Positions 9,244 through 18,630 of a stretch of DNA of 64,000 bases are shown here, one piece after another. Each line of letters opens with the position of its first letter. The stretch's first letter is position 1. Source of the stretch: Nannocystales bacterium (GTDB lineage Bacteria > Myxococcota_A > Polyangia > Nannocystales > Nannocystaceae). The DNA is taken from contig JBOEGF010000009.1 in NCBI GenBank assembly GCA_050633305.1, forward strand, positions 126,314 through 190,313. Reading direction: 5' to 3'. The notes below the pieces were generated by a model that saw only the letters and a program-made list of their open reading frames with translations, did not search any database and had not been told where the DNA came from. A program made the position numbers and the translations under genes.

Positions 9244-10977
9244 TCATGCGGACGCTTTGCGGCGGCGTTCCATCCAGGCTTGTCTCGCGGGGCTCGGTCG
9301 TCGCAGGGCGGCGGGCACCTCAATCGAGAACACCATGCCGTCCTCCAGTGCCTCGATGTCGAGGGCACCACCTTGTTGTTCGAGGACGGCTGCCGCGAGC
9401 GGAAGGCCCAGTCCGAGTCCGTGATGCCCGGGGATTCGGAAAAATCCGGAACGGGCGCGGGCGAGGTCCTCCGGAGACGCGGGGTGATGGCCGACGGTGA
9501 TGTCGACGAAGACCGCGCCCCCGCGCTCGGTGCTTCCCAGTTTGACCTCGATGCTGACCTCGGCGGCGTCGGTGCCTTCGTGGGCGAAGAGCAGGACGTT
9601 GGCGATCGCCTGCACCGACCGTAGGGTGTCGCAAAGCACCGCGGGCAGTCCGGGCGCGAACTTCACCTCGGAGTCGGGGAGTCCTGGTGCGCGCTTCTTG
9701 GCCGAAGCGATCGCCCGCGTGACGAGGTTGGCGACGGGGGTGGGCTCCGGAGCCAGTTCTAGGTGGCCGGCCTCGATCTTCGCCGTGTCGAGAATGTCGT
9801 CGATCTCTCGCAGCAGGTCCTGTCCACTTCGAAGGATGAGTCGGACCATTTCGCTCTGAGCGGCGTTGAGGTCGCCGTCGATCCCCGAGAGCAGCAACTC
9901 AGAGAACCCGAGGATGGCGTTGAGCGGGGAACGAAGGTCGTGGCTCATGTTGGCGAGGAACTGGCTCTTGAGTCGGTCGGCTTCCTTGGCCTTCTCGATG
10001 GCGACGTAGTGGGCGACGTTCGACTCTGAGATCCGGGCCACCATCCGGTCGACCGCGGCGATGAGGTGCCGGGCTTCGTGCGTTGCAAAGCTGGCCTCGT
10101 CGATGGCGGGAATGGGTGCGTCGTGCACGACGGCATGGATGCGGGATGTCGCGCGGACGACGTCGTGATGGACCGAGCGCGCCACGAACACGCTCGCGGC
10201 AAAGGCCGCGGCGGTGAAGACAAACCCGGCGAACGCGAGCGCACCCCAGGGCGGCCACGGCCCTGGGGGGCTGCGGACGGCGACGAGGGCCGCGGCGCAC
10301 AGCGGTGCCAGCACGAGGGCACCGGAGGCCACGGACGACTGCATCGTCATCCGACCGCGAAGGACGGGACGGGAGGCAAACTTTGCGACCCGATGGGGAG
10401 CCGACAGAATCTGTGGCCGGACGAACGCGCGAGAGAGTCCCGTGACGACGAGAGCGATCGGCGTGATCGTGCAGATCCATACCAACAGCAGACCCAGCGC
10501 GACCGTAGAGGACAGATCCTGGGTTTGGGAGAGGGTCAGTACGTTGACGACGAGCGCCGCGGACAGCCAAGCCCAAAACCGGAGCCCAAGCGCGCGAGGC
10601 AGTCGCAGCAGGCGGGCGAACGCCTGCTCGACCGCGGCCTTGGGCGGGGCCCCTGCCTGTCGGATGCTGCGGTCCCGCGCGACGAACAGCGGCACGATGG
10701 GAAGGGTGAGGAACCCGGCCAGCATCCAGAACGTTGGGCGCGGTGAGACGTCTGTCGTCCATCGTGCTTTGGGGGCGTCCGCGAACAGGGAGAGCGAGGC
10801 GACGACGAGGGCGACCGCGTGCGGGACCGCGAACATGCTCCACGGAAGGTCGCCGAAACGAAGCGGGCCAAGGACCAGTCGGGCCCACAAGATGGCCTGA
10901 CCGACGGCGAGTAGCCACGCCCAGCCCAGCCCGCCCAACAACCTCAACTCGACGCGTAAACGTCCTCCATCGATCAT
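9244..10977 (-). CDS. Membrane histidine kinase-like protein with degenerate HATPase domain
   Basis: Multiple TM helices; H-box MSHDLRSPLNAILGF intact; N-box and G1 box degenerate; ATGA overlap with the upstream kinase. Confidence 0.85.
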   Translation of the reverse strand: MIDGGRLRVELRLLGGLGWAWLLAVGQAILWARLVLGPLRFGDLPWSMFAVPHAVALVVASLSLFADAPKARWTTDVSPRPTFWMLAGFLTLPIVPLFVARDRSIRQAGAPPKAAVEQAFARLLRLPRALGLRFWAWLSAALVVNVLTLSQTQDLSSTVALGLLLVWICTITPIALVVTGLSRAFVRPQILSAPHRVAKFASRPVLRGRMTMQSSVASGALVLAPLCAAALVAVRSPPGPWPPWGALAFAGFVFTAAAFAASVFVARSVHHDVVRATSRIHAVVHDAPIPAIDEASFATHEARHLIAAVDRMVARISESNVAHYVAIEKAKEADRLKSQFLANMSHDLRSPLNAILGFSELLLSGIDGDLNAAQSEMVRLILRSGQDLLREIDDILDTAKIEAGHLELAPEPTPVANLVTRAIASAKKRAPGLPDSEVKFAPGLPAVLCDTLRSVQAIANVLLFAHEGTDAAEVSIEVKLGSTERGGAVFVDITVGHHPASPEDLARARSGFFRIPGHHGLGLGLPLAAAVLEQQGGALDIEALEDGMVFSIEVPAALRRPSPARQAWMERRRKASA

Positions 10978-12611
10978 GCGGACACCTCCTCGAGCACCCG
11001 CTGGGTCTTGGCGCGGGCGTCCTCTTCGGTGATGTCGATCGTATCGGGGCGCTCGGGCGGCTCGAGAGGGAGGCGTAGGGTGAAGACCGAGCCCTCTCCG
11101 AGGGTGGACTCCGCCCGCAGCGTGCCCCCGTGATAGCCCGCGATGCGGCGTGCGATCGCGAGCCCGAGCCCCGTGCCTTTGGAGCGGCGCTTGACGGATC
11201 CTGCCTGGCGATACTCTTCGAACACCGCAACCAGGTCGTCCTGGGCGATGCCGACGCCGGTGTCGATACATCGAATCACCACGGCTTCCTTGCGAGCATC
11301 GTGCGCGACGCGAAGGGTGATCGAGCCGCGCTCGGTGAACTTGATCGCGTTGCTGACCAGGTTCGTCAGGATCTGACGGAGCCGCCGCCCGTCACACACC
11401 ACCGGCGGGAGGTTCGGGCCGATCTCGGCGTGCAGCTGCACGTATCGCTCGTCGACGAGCGGCTGGTGAATCTTGACGACGCCCCGGACGAGCTCGGCGA
11501 TGTCCGTGCTCTCGAAGGAGAGCCGCAGCTCACCGGACTCGATCATCGACATGTCGAGGATGTCGTTGATCAGCTCCAGAAGCTGACGCCCTCCGTCGCG
11601 GATGAGCTCAACGTCTTCGGCCTGTGGCTCGCTCAGGACGCCGTCGTATCCCTCGAGCAGGAGCTGGGCGAACCCGCCGACCGCGTTGAGCGGCGTGCGG
11701 AGCTCATGGCTGACCGCGTTGAGGAAGTTGGCCTTGCGGGTATCGGCGTTGCGGGTGTGCAGGAGCGCGGTTTGGTAGGTGACGAGTTCTCGCCGCAACT
11801 TGCCCCGGAGGGCCTCGAGGTTGGCCAGCATCGCGCCGACCTCGTCCCCCCGGGTGACCACGACCGGACGGCGTGTGGCTTCGGTCGCGTCGTCGTCGTA
11901 CGCGTCGAGCCGTCGGGTCAGGGAGCGAATGTCGTTGCCGGGGCTCATCCCGAGCGTGGCCGCGCCCATGGGACCCCACGCCAACAGCAAGCCGATTGCG
12001 GTGACCCACAGCAACACCTCGACGCTGCTGGCCTCAGGCCAGCGCGGAATGAGCACGGCTGCGATGGCGACCACACTGGAGGCCAGCCCGCCGACGAACA
12101 GAATGCGCACGTAGCTGTAGGCCAGCGTGGGCGGGGAGGGGGCGAGCAACGCCGGTTCGGCCGCCCCCTGAGGATAAGCGGCCGCGAGGACTCTCAGCAG
12201 CCGGTCCAGGAGCATGCCGACCACGAGGCCGACGGATACGCATGCGGCGAAGACGGGGCCGATCGCCGTGAGTAGGGTCTGTGAACTGGGTTCGGCGGGG
12301 ATTGGGACTGCGACGATGGAGAGCGCGAGCGCGGCGATCGGCGGCGTCGTCCAACAAACCCACGGGAGGGTTCGCGCCACGTGGTCCGGGCTGGCGTACT
12401 GCGTCCGCACGTAGAGAAACGCCAGCTCGGCGAGCGCGGTCAGGAGGACGCAAAGCGCCACGCTCAGCGCCTGCCCGGGGAGCTCGTGACCGCCGACCAG
12501 GAGCCGAAGGAGGATGGACGCGAATAGGCCGTGGATGGCCGCAGCCCCAAGGACCACGACCAGGGCTCGGACCGCATAGTCCGAGGGCCCCGGCGACCGA
12601 ATCTCCTCCAC
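10974..12611 (-). CDS. Membrane sensor histidine kinase
   Basis: TM region, HAMP-like GDEVGAM, SHELRTPLN, NLVSNAIKF, DTGVGI, GTGLGL. Confidence 0.92.
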   Translation of the reverse strand: MEEIRSPGPSDYAVRALVVVLGAAAIHGLFASILLRLLVGGHELPGQALSVALCVLLTALAELAFLYVRTQYASPDHVARTLPWVCWTTPPIAALALSIVAVPIPAEPSSQTLLTAIGPVFAACVSVGLVVGMLLDRLLRVLAAAYPQGAAEPALLAPSPPTLAYSYVRILFVGGLASSVVAIAAVLIPRWPEASSVEVLLWVTAIGLLLAWGPMGAATLGMSPGNDIRSLTRRLDAYDDDATEATRRPVVVTRGDEVGAMLANLEALRGKLRRELVTYQTALLHTRNADTRKANFLNAVSHELRTPLNAVGGFAQLLLEGYDGVLSEPQAEDVELIRDGGRQLLELINDILDMSMIESGELRLSFESTDIAELVRGVVKIHQPLVDERYVQLHAEIGPNLPPVVCDGRRLRQILTNLVSNAIKFTERGSITLRVAHDARKEAVVIRCIDTGVGIAQDDLVAVFEEYRQAGSVKRRSKGTGLGLAIARRIAGYHGGTLRAESTLGEGSVFTLRLPLEPPERPDTIDITEEDARAKTQRVLEEVSA

Positions 12612-12724
12612 GCCAAGAGGGTACCAACCAAAGCAACGCCCGAGCTGTCACAGGACGGCTCGGGCGTTCAGCTCTGCGCCATGAAAGGCCGGCGACGGCT
12701 TCCCAGGCGGCGTGCGAGTCTCGA

Positions 12725-13696
12725 TCAGCCGGACTTTTTGGCCTTCACCAGCTCGATGAGCTGCGGGAGGGTGTCCTCCCACTTGGCGACCAGGCCGTAG
12801 TCGGCGACCTGGAAGATCGGCGCCTCGGGGTCCTTGTTGATCGCGACGATCGTCTTGGAGCCCTTCATCCCGGCAAGGTGCTGGATGGCGCCGGAGATGG
12901 CGACCGCGAAGTACAGCTCCGGTGCGACGACCTTGCCGGTCTGACCGACCTGAAGGTCGGCGGGGACCATGCCCGCGTCTGTCGCTGCACGACTGGCGCC
13001 GAGTGCACCGCCGAGCATGTCGGTGAGCGTCTCGAGTGGGGCGAAGTTTTCGCCCGAGCCCATGCCGCGGCCACCGGCCACGACGACGTTCGCCTCGGTG
13101 AGCGCCGGTCGGGCGCTCTGGGTCGTCTCGATGCCGACGACTTCCGCCCCGCGTTTGCTGGGCGTTCCGACGTCCACGGCGGAGACGGCTGCAGCGGTAC
13201 CGGCGGCGGCCGGTGCGAAGTCGCTGGCGCGCGCGGTGAAGCACACGACGGCTCCGGAGAGTGTGAAGTCGGCCAGAGCACGACCCGCCGACATCTCGCG
13301 GCTGAACGTGTTGTTGCCCTTCACACCCGTGATCTCGGCGGCGAGCGGCGCGTCGAGCAGAGCCGCTGCCCGTGGGATCACGTCGCGCAGCGTCGAGGTT
13401 GCAGTTCCGCCGAGCGCCGTGGCGCCCACGGATTTGGCCGCAGCCACGACCGCGTCGGTCCACGCCTCGGTGGTGAACGGAGCGAGTTCGGCCTGGTCGG
13501 CGACGTGGACGGCCGCGGCGCCGTAGCCTGCAGCGCCCACAGCGTTGGCGGCATCGCCGACGCCCGAACCGACGACCAACAGGTGAAGTTCACCGCCGGT
13601 GTGCTTGGCGAGTTCCGCGCCGGCGGTGACGCCGGGAAGGCTCGCGTTCTTGATGCTGGTGCCGTCCGTTTCGACGACTACGAGGACCTTGCTCAT
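12725..13696 (-). CDS. etfA: Electron transfer flavoprotein alpha subunit
   Basis: [50 protein letters not shown]. Confidence 0.97.
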   Translation of the reverse strand: MSKVLVVVETDGTSIKNASLPGVTAGAELAKHTGGELHLLVVGSGVGDAANAVGAAGYGAAAVHVADQAELAPFTTEAWTDAVVAAAKSVGATALGGTATSTLRDVIPRAAALLDAPLAAEITGVKGNNTFSREMSAGRALADFTLSGAVVCFTARASDFAPAAAGTAAAVSAVDVGTPSKRGAEVVGIETTQSARPALTEANVVVAGGRGMGSGENFAPLETLTDMLGGALGASRAATDAGMVPADLQVGQTGKVVAPELYFAVAISGAIQHLAGMKGSKTIVAINKDPEAPIFQVADYGLVAKWEDTLPQLIELVKAKKSG

Positions 13697-14511
13697 AGAA
13701 CTTTCGCCTCCGAAGCCAGCTTCTCGACCAGCTGTTCGACGCTTTCGACGATCTGTCCCGCGGCGCGTGCCGGGGGCGGAGTCACCGCGTTGTTGTTGAC
13801 TGCGCTGACGGCTTCAACACCAAGGTCAGCCGGCTTGAGCTGCTCGACCTTCTTACGCTTGGCCATCGTGATGCCGCGCAGCGATGCGAGGCGAGGGCCT
13901 TCGTTGTAGGTGTAGTCGTCGGGCGTGACGCCGTTCTTGACGCTGCTCGGAAGGACGACACGAAGGTCACACGTGACGACGGAGGGGAGCGGGACCTTCT
14001 TGGTCTCGACACCGTCGTCGACTTCGCGCGACACGACCATGGCGTTTGCGCCCTGATCCCACGTGACCCCTCCGGCGAACGAGGCGATGGGGAGATCGAG
14101 CAGGCCTGCGACCCGCTGACCGACCTCGTTCCCTTCGCTGTCCTGGGAGAGCTTTCCACAGACCAGGAGATCTGCGCCTTCCTTCTTGAACACGCCGGCG
14201 ATGAGCTTGGCCACCGCCTGTGAATCGAGCGCCGTATCATCGGCGTCGACGACGACGCCGCGGTCGGCACCCATCGCGAGGAACGTGGTGATGTGCTGGC
14301 GTTGTGCCGCTGGGCAAACACTGCACACCACGATCTCCGCGTGGCGTTTTTTGGACTTCGCGTCTTCAGCGAGACGCAGGGCGGTTTCCACCGCGTACTG
14401 ATCGAATTCGTTGGGGACCCATTTCGTCGACGAAGTGTCGATGGCCCCGTCGGCGAATTTCACGCTCGCATCGGGGTCTGGGATCCGCTTGACCGTCACC
14501 AAGATCTTCAA
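13693..14511 (-). CDS. etfB: Electron transfer flavoprotein beta subunit
   Basis: KILVTVKRIPD, NEFDQYAVETALRL, LAMGADR, PRLASLRGI; TTG start with AAGGAGG RBS. Confidence 0.95.
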   Translation of the reverse strand: MKILVTVKRIPDPDASVKFADGAIDTSSTKWVPNEFDQYAVETALRLAEDAKSKKRHAEIVVCSVCPAAQRQHITTFLAMGADRGVVVDADDTALDSQAVAKLIAGVFKKEGADLLVCGKLSQDSEGNEVGQRVAGLLDLPIASFAGGVTWDQGANAMVVSREVDDGVETKKVPLPSVVTCDLRVVLPSSVKNGVTPDDYTYNEGPRLASLRGITMAKRKKVEQLKPADLGVEAVSAVNNNAVTPPPARAAGQIVESVEQLVEKLASEAKVL

Positions 14512-14641
14512 ATGAGACCTCCTTTTCCGGGCGGAGACTTGCGTGCCTGGCCCCATCCGTCAACGTACGAGAGGCCTGCAAAACTGCAGCATGTGCCGCA
14601 AAGCGTGCGTGTACGCGCCCCGCTTGCCGCAGCCGTTTCCC

Positions 14642-15637
14642 GTGCGCTACCTTCCGCGGGCTTTGACCCGTCTCGTGCTGATCGCAAGCGTCCTGGCCAT
14701 GACCGCGTGCAGCCCCGCCTGCACCCCGCCGGAGGCGAAGAATCCCGACGCCAAGGCGGACTCGGGCAAGGGGGAGACGCCCGAAGCCGACCCGAACTCG
14801 GCCGATGGAGGTCAGGGGGGTCCCGCGGACGCCAAGAAGGCCCCCGCGCCGGTGCCCAAGGGCGAGATGATCATGGAGGCGAAGGGCGTGGATCTCTCCA
14901 AGCTCAAGGAGTCGCAGCGCTCCACGTTCTTCCAGATCATCAACTCCGAGCCGAGCGCTTGCGACAAACCACATTCGTTGGCGAAGTCGCTTCGCGATGA
15001 CGACAAGTGTCGGGACTCGCTCATCGCTGGGCAGTTCGTCGCGGACTACCTGCAGGCGGGCGCCCCGACCAGCGAGGTCCGGACCGGTTTGCAAGAAGTC
15101 TCCAAGGCTCTCAAGCCCCGGGAGATCCCGGTGGACGGGCGTCCTGTGTTCGGCAGCGAGACGGCTCCGGTCACCGTTGTGGTCTTCGCCGACTTCCAGT
15201 GCCCGCACTGCAAACTGGAGGCTCCCAAGATTCGCAAGACCGTCGAGCAGTTCCGCGGTCGGGCGCGTCTGATCTTCAAGCACTTCCCTCTGATGGGTCA
15301 TCCTCGGGCCAAGGCGGCCGCGATCGCGACCGAAGCTGCGCTCGAGCAAGACAAGTTCTGGGAGATGCACGACATCGTGTTCGCCAACCAGGACAAGCTC
15401 GAGGACGGGGACATTCGCTCCTACGCGTCGAAGATCGGCTTGGACATGGCCAAGTTCGACGCGCACTACAACGCACGCAAGGGCAAGGACGTCGTCGAGG
15501 CGGACAAGCAACACGGCGAGGACGCGGGCGTGGACGGCACGCCGGCGGTGTTCGTCAACGGGCGTCGTGCCAACGGTCGCTACATTTTGTTCGGCGGCGA
15601 GCTGTCGGGCTGGATCGACGATGCCCTGAAGCGGTAA
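14642..15637 (+). CDS. DsbA/thioredoxin-fold lipoprotein
   Basis: Signal/lipobox, FADFQCPHC, KHFPL, GVDGTPAVFVNG; start is a best guess. Confidence 0.88.
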   Translation: MRYLPRALTRLVLIASVLAMTACSPACTPPEAKNPDAKADSGKGETPEADPNSADGGQGGPADAKKAPAPVPKGEMIMEAKGVDLSKLKESQRSTFFQIINSEPSACDKPHSLAKSLRDDDKCRDSLIAGQFVADYLQAGAPTSEVRTGLQEVSKALKPREIPVDGRPVFGSETAPVTVVVFADFQCPHCKLEAPKIRKTVEQFRGRARLIFKHFPLMGHPRAKAAAIATEAALEQDKFWEMHDIVFANQDKLEDGDIRSYASKIGLDMAKFDAHYNARKGKDVVEADKQHGEDAGVDGTPAVFVNGRRANGRYILFGGELSGWIDDALKR

Positions 15638-15646
15638 GCCTACGCG

Positions 15647-16597
15647 GTGACCGACGTGCGTCCCTGGGTCGAGGCGTTCGCGCCTGCGACCGTCTCGAAT
15701 CTCGGCCCCGGCTTCGACTGCTTGGGCCTGGCGCTGCGCGAACGCGGCGACACCGTGCGAGCCCGCAAGGGGGACTCGCCCGGCGTGACGATCCTACGGA
15801 TCGAAGGCGATGGCGGTCGGCTCCCGCTCGACGCCGGGCGCAACACCGCCTCGGTCGCGGTACGGCACATGCTCGAGCGCTTCGCTCCCAAGGCGTCGGT
15901 CGAGCTGGAGTTGAAGAAGGGCCTGCCGTTGGGCAGCGGCCTGGGAAGTAGTGGCGCGAGTGCGGCTGCAGCGGTTGTCGCAGCGGACTCGGCGCTCCAA
16001 CTCGGCCTCCCGAGCGACGTCCTTGTCGAAGCGGCTCGGCACGCAGAGGGGATCGCTTGCGGCACGCCGCATCCGGACAACGTGGCGCCAGCAATCGTGG
16101 GGGGCGTGGTCCTGATCCCGTCGCTCGACCCGCTGCGGCTGGTGTCGTTGCCTGCCCCCGAAGGCCTGTGGGTCACGGTGTACACGCCCGGCTGCGAGGT
16201 CAACACCGCCGACGCCCGCGCCGTGCTTCCCGAAGCTGTCTCGGTCGCAGACTGCGTGGGCCAAGCGGCTCGGCTCGGGATGCTCGTTCACGCCCTGCAC
16301 CTGGGCGACATGCAGATGCTCGGGGAGGCCGTGGTCGACAGGGTCGCCGAGCCCCATCGAGCCCGCCTCATCCCCGGGTACATCGATGCCAAGGCCGCGG
16401 CCTGCGAGGCCGGAGCGCTGTGTTGCAGCATCAGCGGCGCGGGGCCGACAACCTTCACCCTCGCCGAGGATGAACATCGGGCCAAGGCGCTGCTGGAGAT
16501 CCTCGAGGAGCAGTACACGCATGCGGGCGTGCCCGGCGAAGGTCTCGTCGACCGCGTGGGCCCGGGCGCGCGCGTCACTTCCCAGCCGCTGCACTGA
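15647..16597 (+). CDS. thrB: Homoserine kinase
   Basis: APATVSNLGPGFDCLG, PLGSGLGSSGAS, HPDNVAP, ISGAGPT. Confidence 0.96.
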   Translation: MTDVRPWVEAFAPATVSNLGPGFDCLGLALRERGDTVRARKGDSPGVTILRIEGDGGRLPLDAGRNTASVAVRHMLERFAPKASVELELKKGLPLGSGLGSSGASAAAAVVAADSALQLGLPSDVLVEAARHAEGIACGTPHPDNVAPAIVGGVVLIPSLDPLRLVSLPAPEGLWVTVYTPGCEVNTADARAVLPEAVSVADCVGQAARLGMLVHALHLGDMQMLGEAVVDRVAEPHRARLIPGYIDAKAAACEAGALCCSISGAGPTTFTLAEDEHRAKALLEILEEQYTHAGVPGEGLVDRVGPGARVTSQPLH

Positions 16598-16624
16598 AGC
16601 CGCGATACGGGCCGAGCTGCCGCG

Positions 16625-17728
16625 TCACAGGATTCGCGTTGCTCGGGGATAGCTGCCCAGCACGAAGAGGTCCTGGCAGTGTCCCCGGGCGGACTCGATC
16701 GCATCGGCCATCGTCGGTTCATCGCGGTGGCCCTGCGCGTCGAGAAAGAACGTGTAGCTCCAGTTCTCGCGCCGAGAGGGGCGCTTGTCGATGTGCGTGA
16801 GGTTGATACCCGAGTCGGCAAACGCCCGGAGCACCCGTACGAGCGCGCCGGGCTCGTGCGTCGTCGTGAGCATCACCGAGGTCTTGTCATCCCCACTGGG
16901 CTCCGCCGCTGTCTTCGCGATGACGAAGAAGCGGGTGATGTTGTTGGGGTTGTCCTCGATGCTTGGGAAGAGCAGCGGCATTCCATACAACCCGCCGGCG
17001 AGCTTGGAGGCGATGGCTGCGTTTCCTGAGCGGGGGTCTGCCTTCGCGTCGAGGACGGCCTGAGACGAACTCGCGGCTGCGACCAGCTCGGCGCGTGGGT
17101 ACTGCGTGCCGAGCCATCCCCGGCATTGGGCAAAAACCTCCGGCTTGCTGAACACCCGCTGCACGTCCTTGGGCTCGCAGTCTGCCAGGAGGTTATGGCG
17201 AATCGCGAGCGCGACCTCGGAGTACACGAGCACTTCGCCCGCCGCGTCCCGGAACGCGTCGAGGGTCTCCGCGATGCCTCCTCCGGTAGAGTTCTCGATG
17301 GGGACCATGCCGTAGTCCACGTGTCCTCGACGAACCTCGGTGAACACTCCCCCGATCTCCCGAAGGTTCTCGAAGCTGACCGACGCTCCGAACTGCGCGG
17401 AGGCGGCCGCATGCGAGAACGACCCCGCCGGCCCCAGGTATCCGATACGCAGCGGCTGCTCGATCGCGAACGACCCGCTCATGATCTCCTTGTAGACCGC
17501 CTCGACACTTCGGTCGGGCAGGGGGCCCTCGGACAGTCCGAGCACGCGAGCGAGGACCGCAGCCTCTCGATGGGGGGCGTAGATCGGACCGCCGGTCTGC
17601 TGTTTGACCTTTCCGACCGCAACGACCACTCGAGCTCGCTCGTTGAGGAGCTTGACGAGCGCTTGGTCGAGCGCATCGATTCGGTCACGAAGCGGCGCCA
17701 GTCCATCGTCCGGAGAATCGTCGCTCAC
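16625..17728 (-). CDS. pheA: Chorismate mutase / prephenate dehydratase
   Basis: LRDRIDALD..LLNERA CM domain; YLGPAGSFS, PIENSTGG, NITRF, ACT domain. Confidence 0.95.
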   Translation of the reverse strand: MSDDSPDDGLAPLRDRIDALDQALVKLLNERARVVVAVGKVKQQTGGPIYAPHREAAVLARVLGLSEGPLPDRSVEAVYKEIMSGSFAIEQPLRIGYLGPAGSFSHAAASAQFGASVSFENLREIGGVFTEVRRGHVDYGMVPIENSTGGGIAETLDAFRDAAGEVLVYSEVALAIRHNLLADCEPKDVQRVFSKPEVFAQCRGWLGTQYPRAELVAAASSSQAVLDAKADPRSGNAAIASKLAGGLYGMPLLFPSIEDNPNNITRFFVIAKTAAEPSGDDKTSVMLTTTHEPGALVRVLRAFADSGINLTHIDKRPSRRENWSYTFFLDAQGHRDEPTMADAIESARGHCQDLFVLGSYPRATRIL

Positions 17729-17828
17729 CCGCACATCATAGGTGGCGCGTCCCAGCAGGCGGAAGGGCGCACGCACGGTTCCATCGTGAAGAACGGCTCC
17801 GGGCTTGGCGCGTCTGCGGAACCAGCAA

Positions 17829-17856
17829 GAAACCCCCGCCAGCAGGCGAGGGCTCT
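17829..17856 (-). terminator. Probable terminator hairpin after the 17881-18333 gene
   Basis: Minus strand GAGCCCTCGCC-TGCT-GGCGGGGGTTT stem-loop followed by CTT. Confidence 0.4.
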
Positions 17857-17880
17857 CGTGCCCGAGGTGAGTGCGTCGGA

Positions 17881-18333
17881 CTACTCGACTTCGGCGAGGC
17901 CGTACTCGGAGAGGTACATGGCCGAGCCGTACACGACGGCATCGTCGAGGTCGACGTCGCGGTCGGCAAGAACACGCCATCCATCGGCCGCCTGAGCGAC
18001 AACCCCGACGTCCTCCGTCACGTTCATGTCGGCGACTTCGAAGGCCACCTCGACGGGCAGCAAGAACGTCGTGCCCAGCGGGAGGACTGCGTAGCAGGAG
18101 CCGATCGTCGTGCTGAGTTCGCACTCGACCTCTTCGATCGACAGCTCGACGTCGGAGTCGAGCGCCCCGGCCGGAATCTCGAGGCTGAACCGACCGTCGT
18201 CGGATGCGAGGGAACCGCCGCGGGGTCCGATGGTCTCTCCGGCGCCGTCGCAACCGACGGCGAGTGTCGCCAGCGCAGCACCCATGATGAGTGTCGCTGC
18301 CGTCCTGAAGAGTCCTGTGTGAGTGGTCGCCAT
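17881..18333 (-). CDS. Small lipoprotein (ZU5-like beta domain)
   Basis: LAVGC lipobox; TIGPRGGSLASDDGRFSLEIPAGAL is ZU5-like; AGGGGG RBS. Confidence 0.7.
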   Translation of the reverse strand: MATTHTGLFRTAATLIMGAALATLAVGCDGAGETIGPRGGSLASDDGRFSLEIPAGALDSDVELSIEEVECELSTTIGSCYAVLPLGTTFLLPVEVAFEVADMNVTEDVGVVAQAADGWRVLADRDVDLDDAVVYGSAMYLSEYGLAEVE

Positions 18334-18630
18334 CGCTGTCCCCCTTGCACCTACTCTGACTCCCCTTGCCCCGTTCTTTCCGGGTTCTTGGGACGAAAAA
18401 ACGTCAAAAATTTGGAAAGTGACGGAAACGGTGTTTTTGGACCGAATGTAGGGTGGACGGCATGTGCGCGGATGTACGATTCTCCCGACCAGAGCCGACC
18501 CTGCGAGCGTGCGCATTGCTCGCGTCTTCTGAGGACCCTGTATGGGGCGTCACGCAAAGAGCGTCTCCGATGCCGGAGGAAGGTCTCCTCGCTCAGATTG
18601 TGCGGTACTCGCGCTCGCTTCGGGGAGCCG

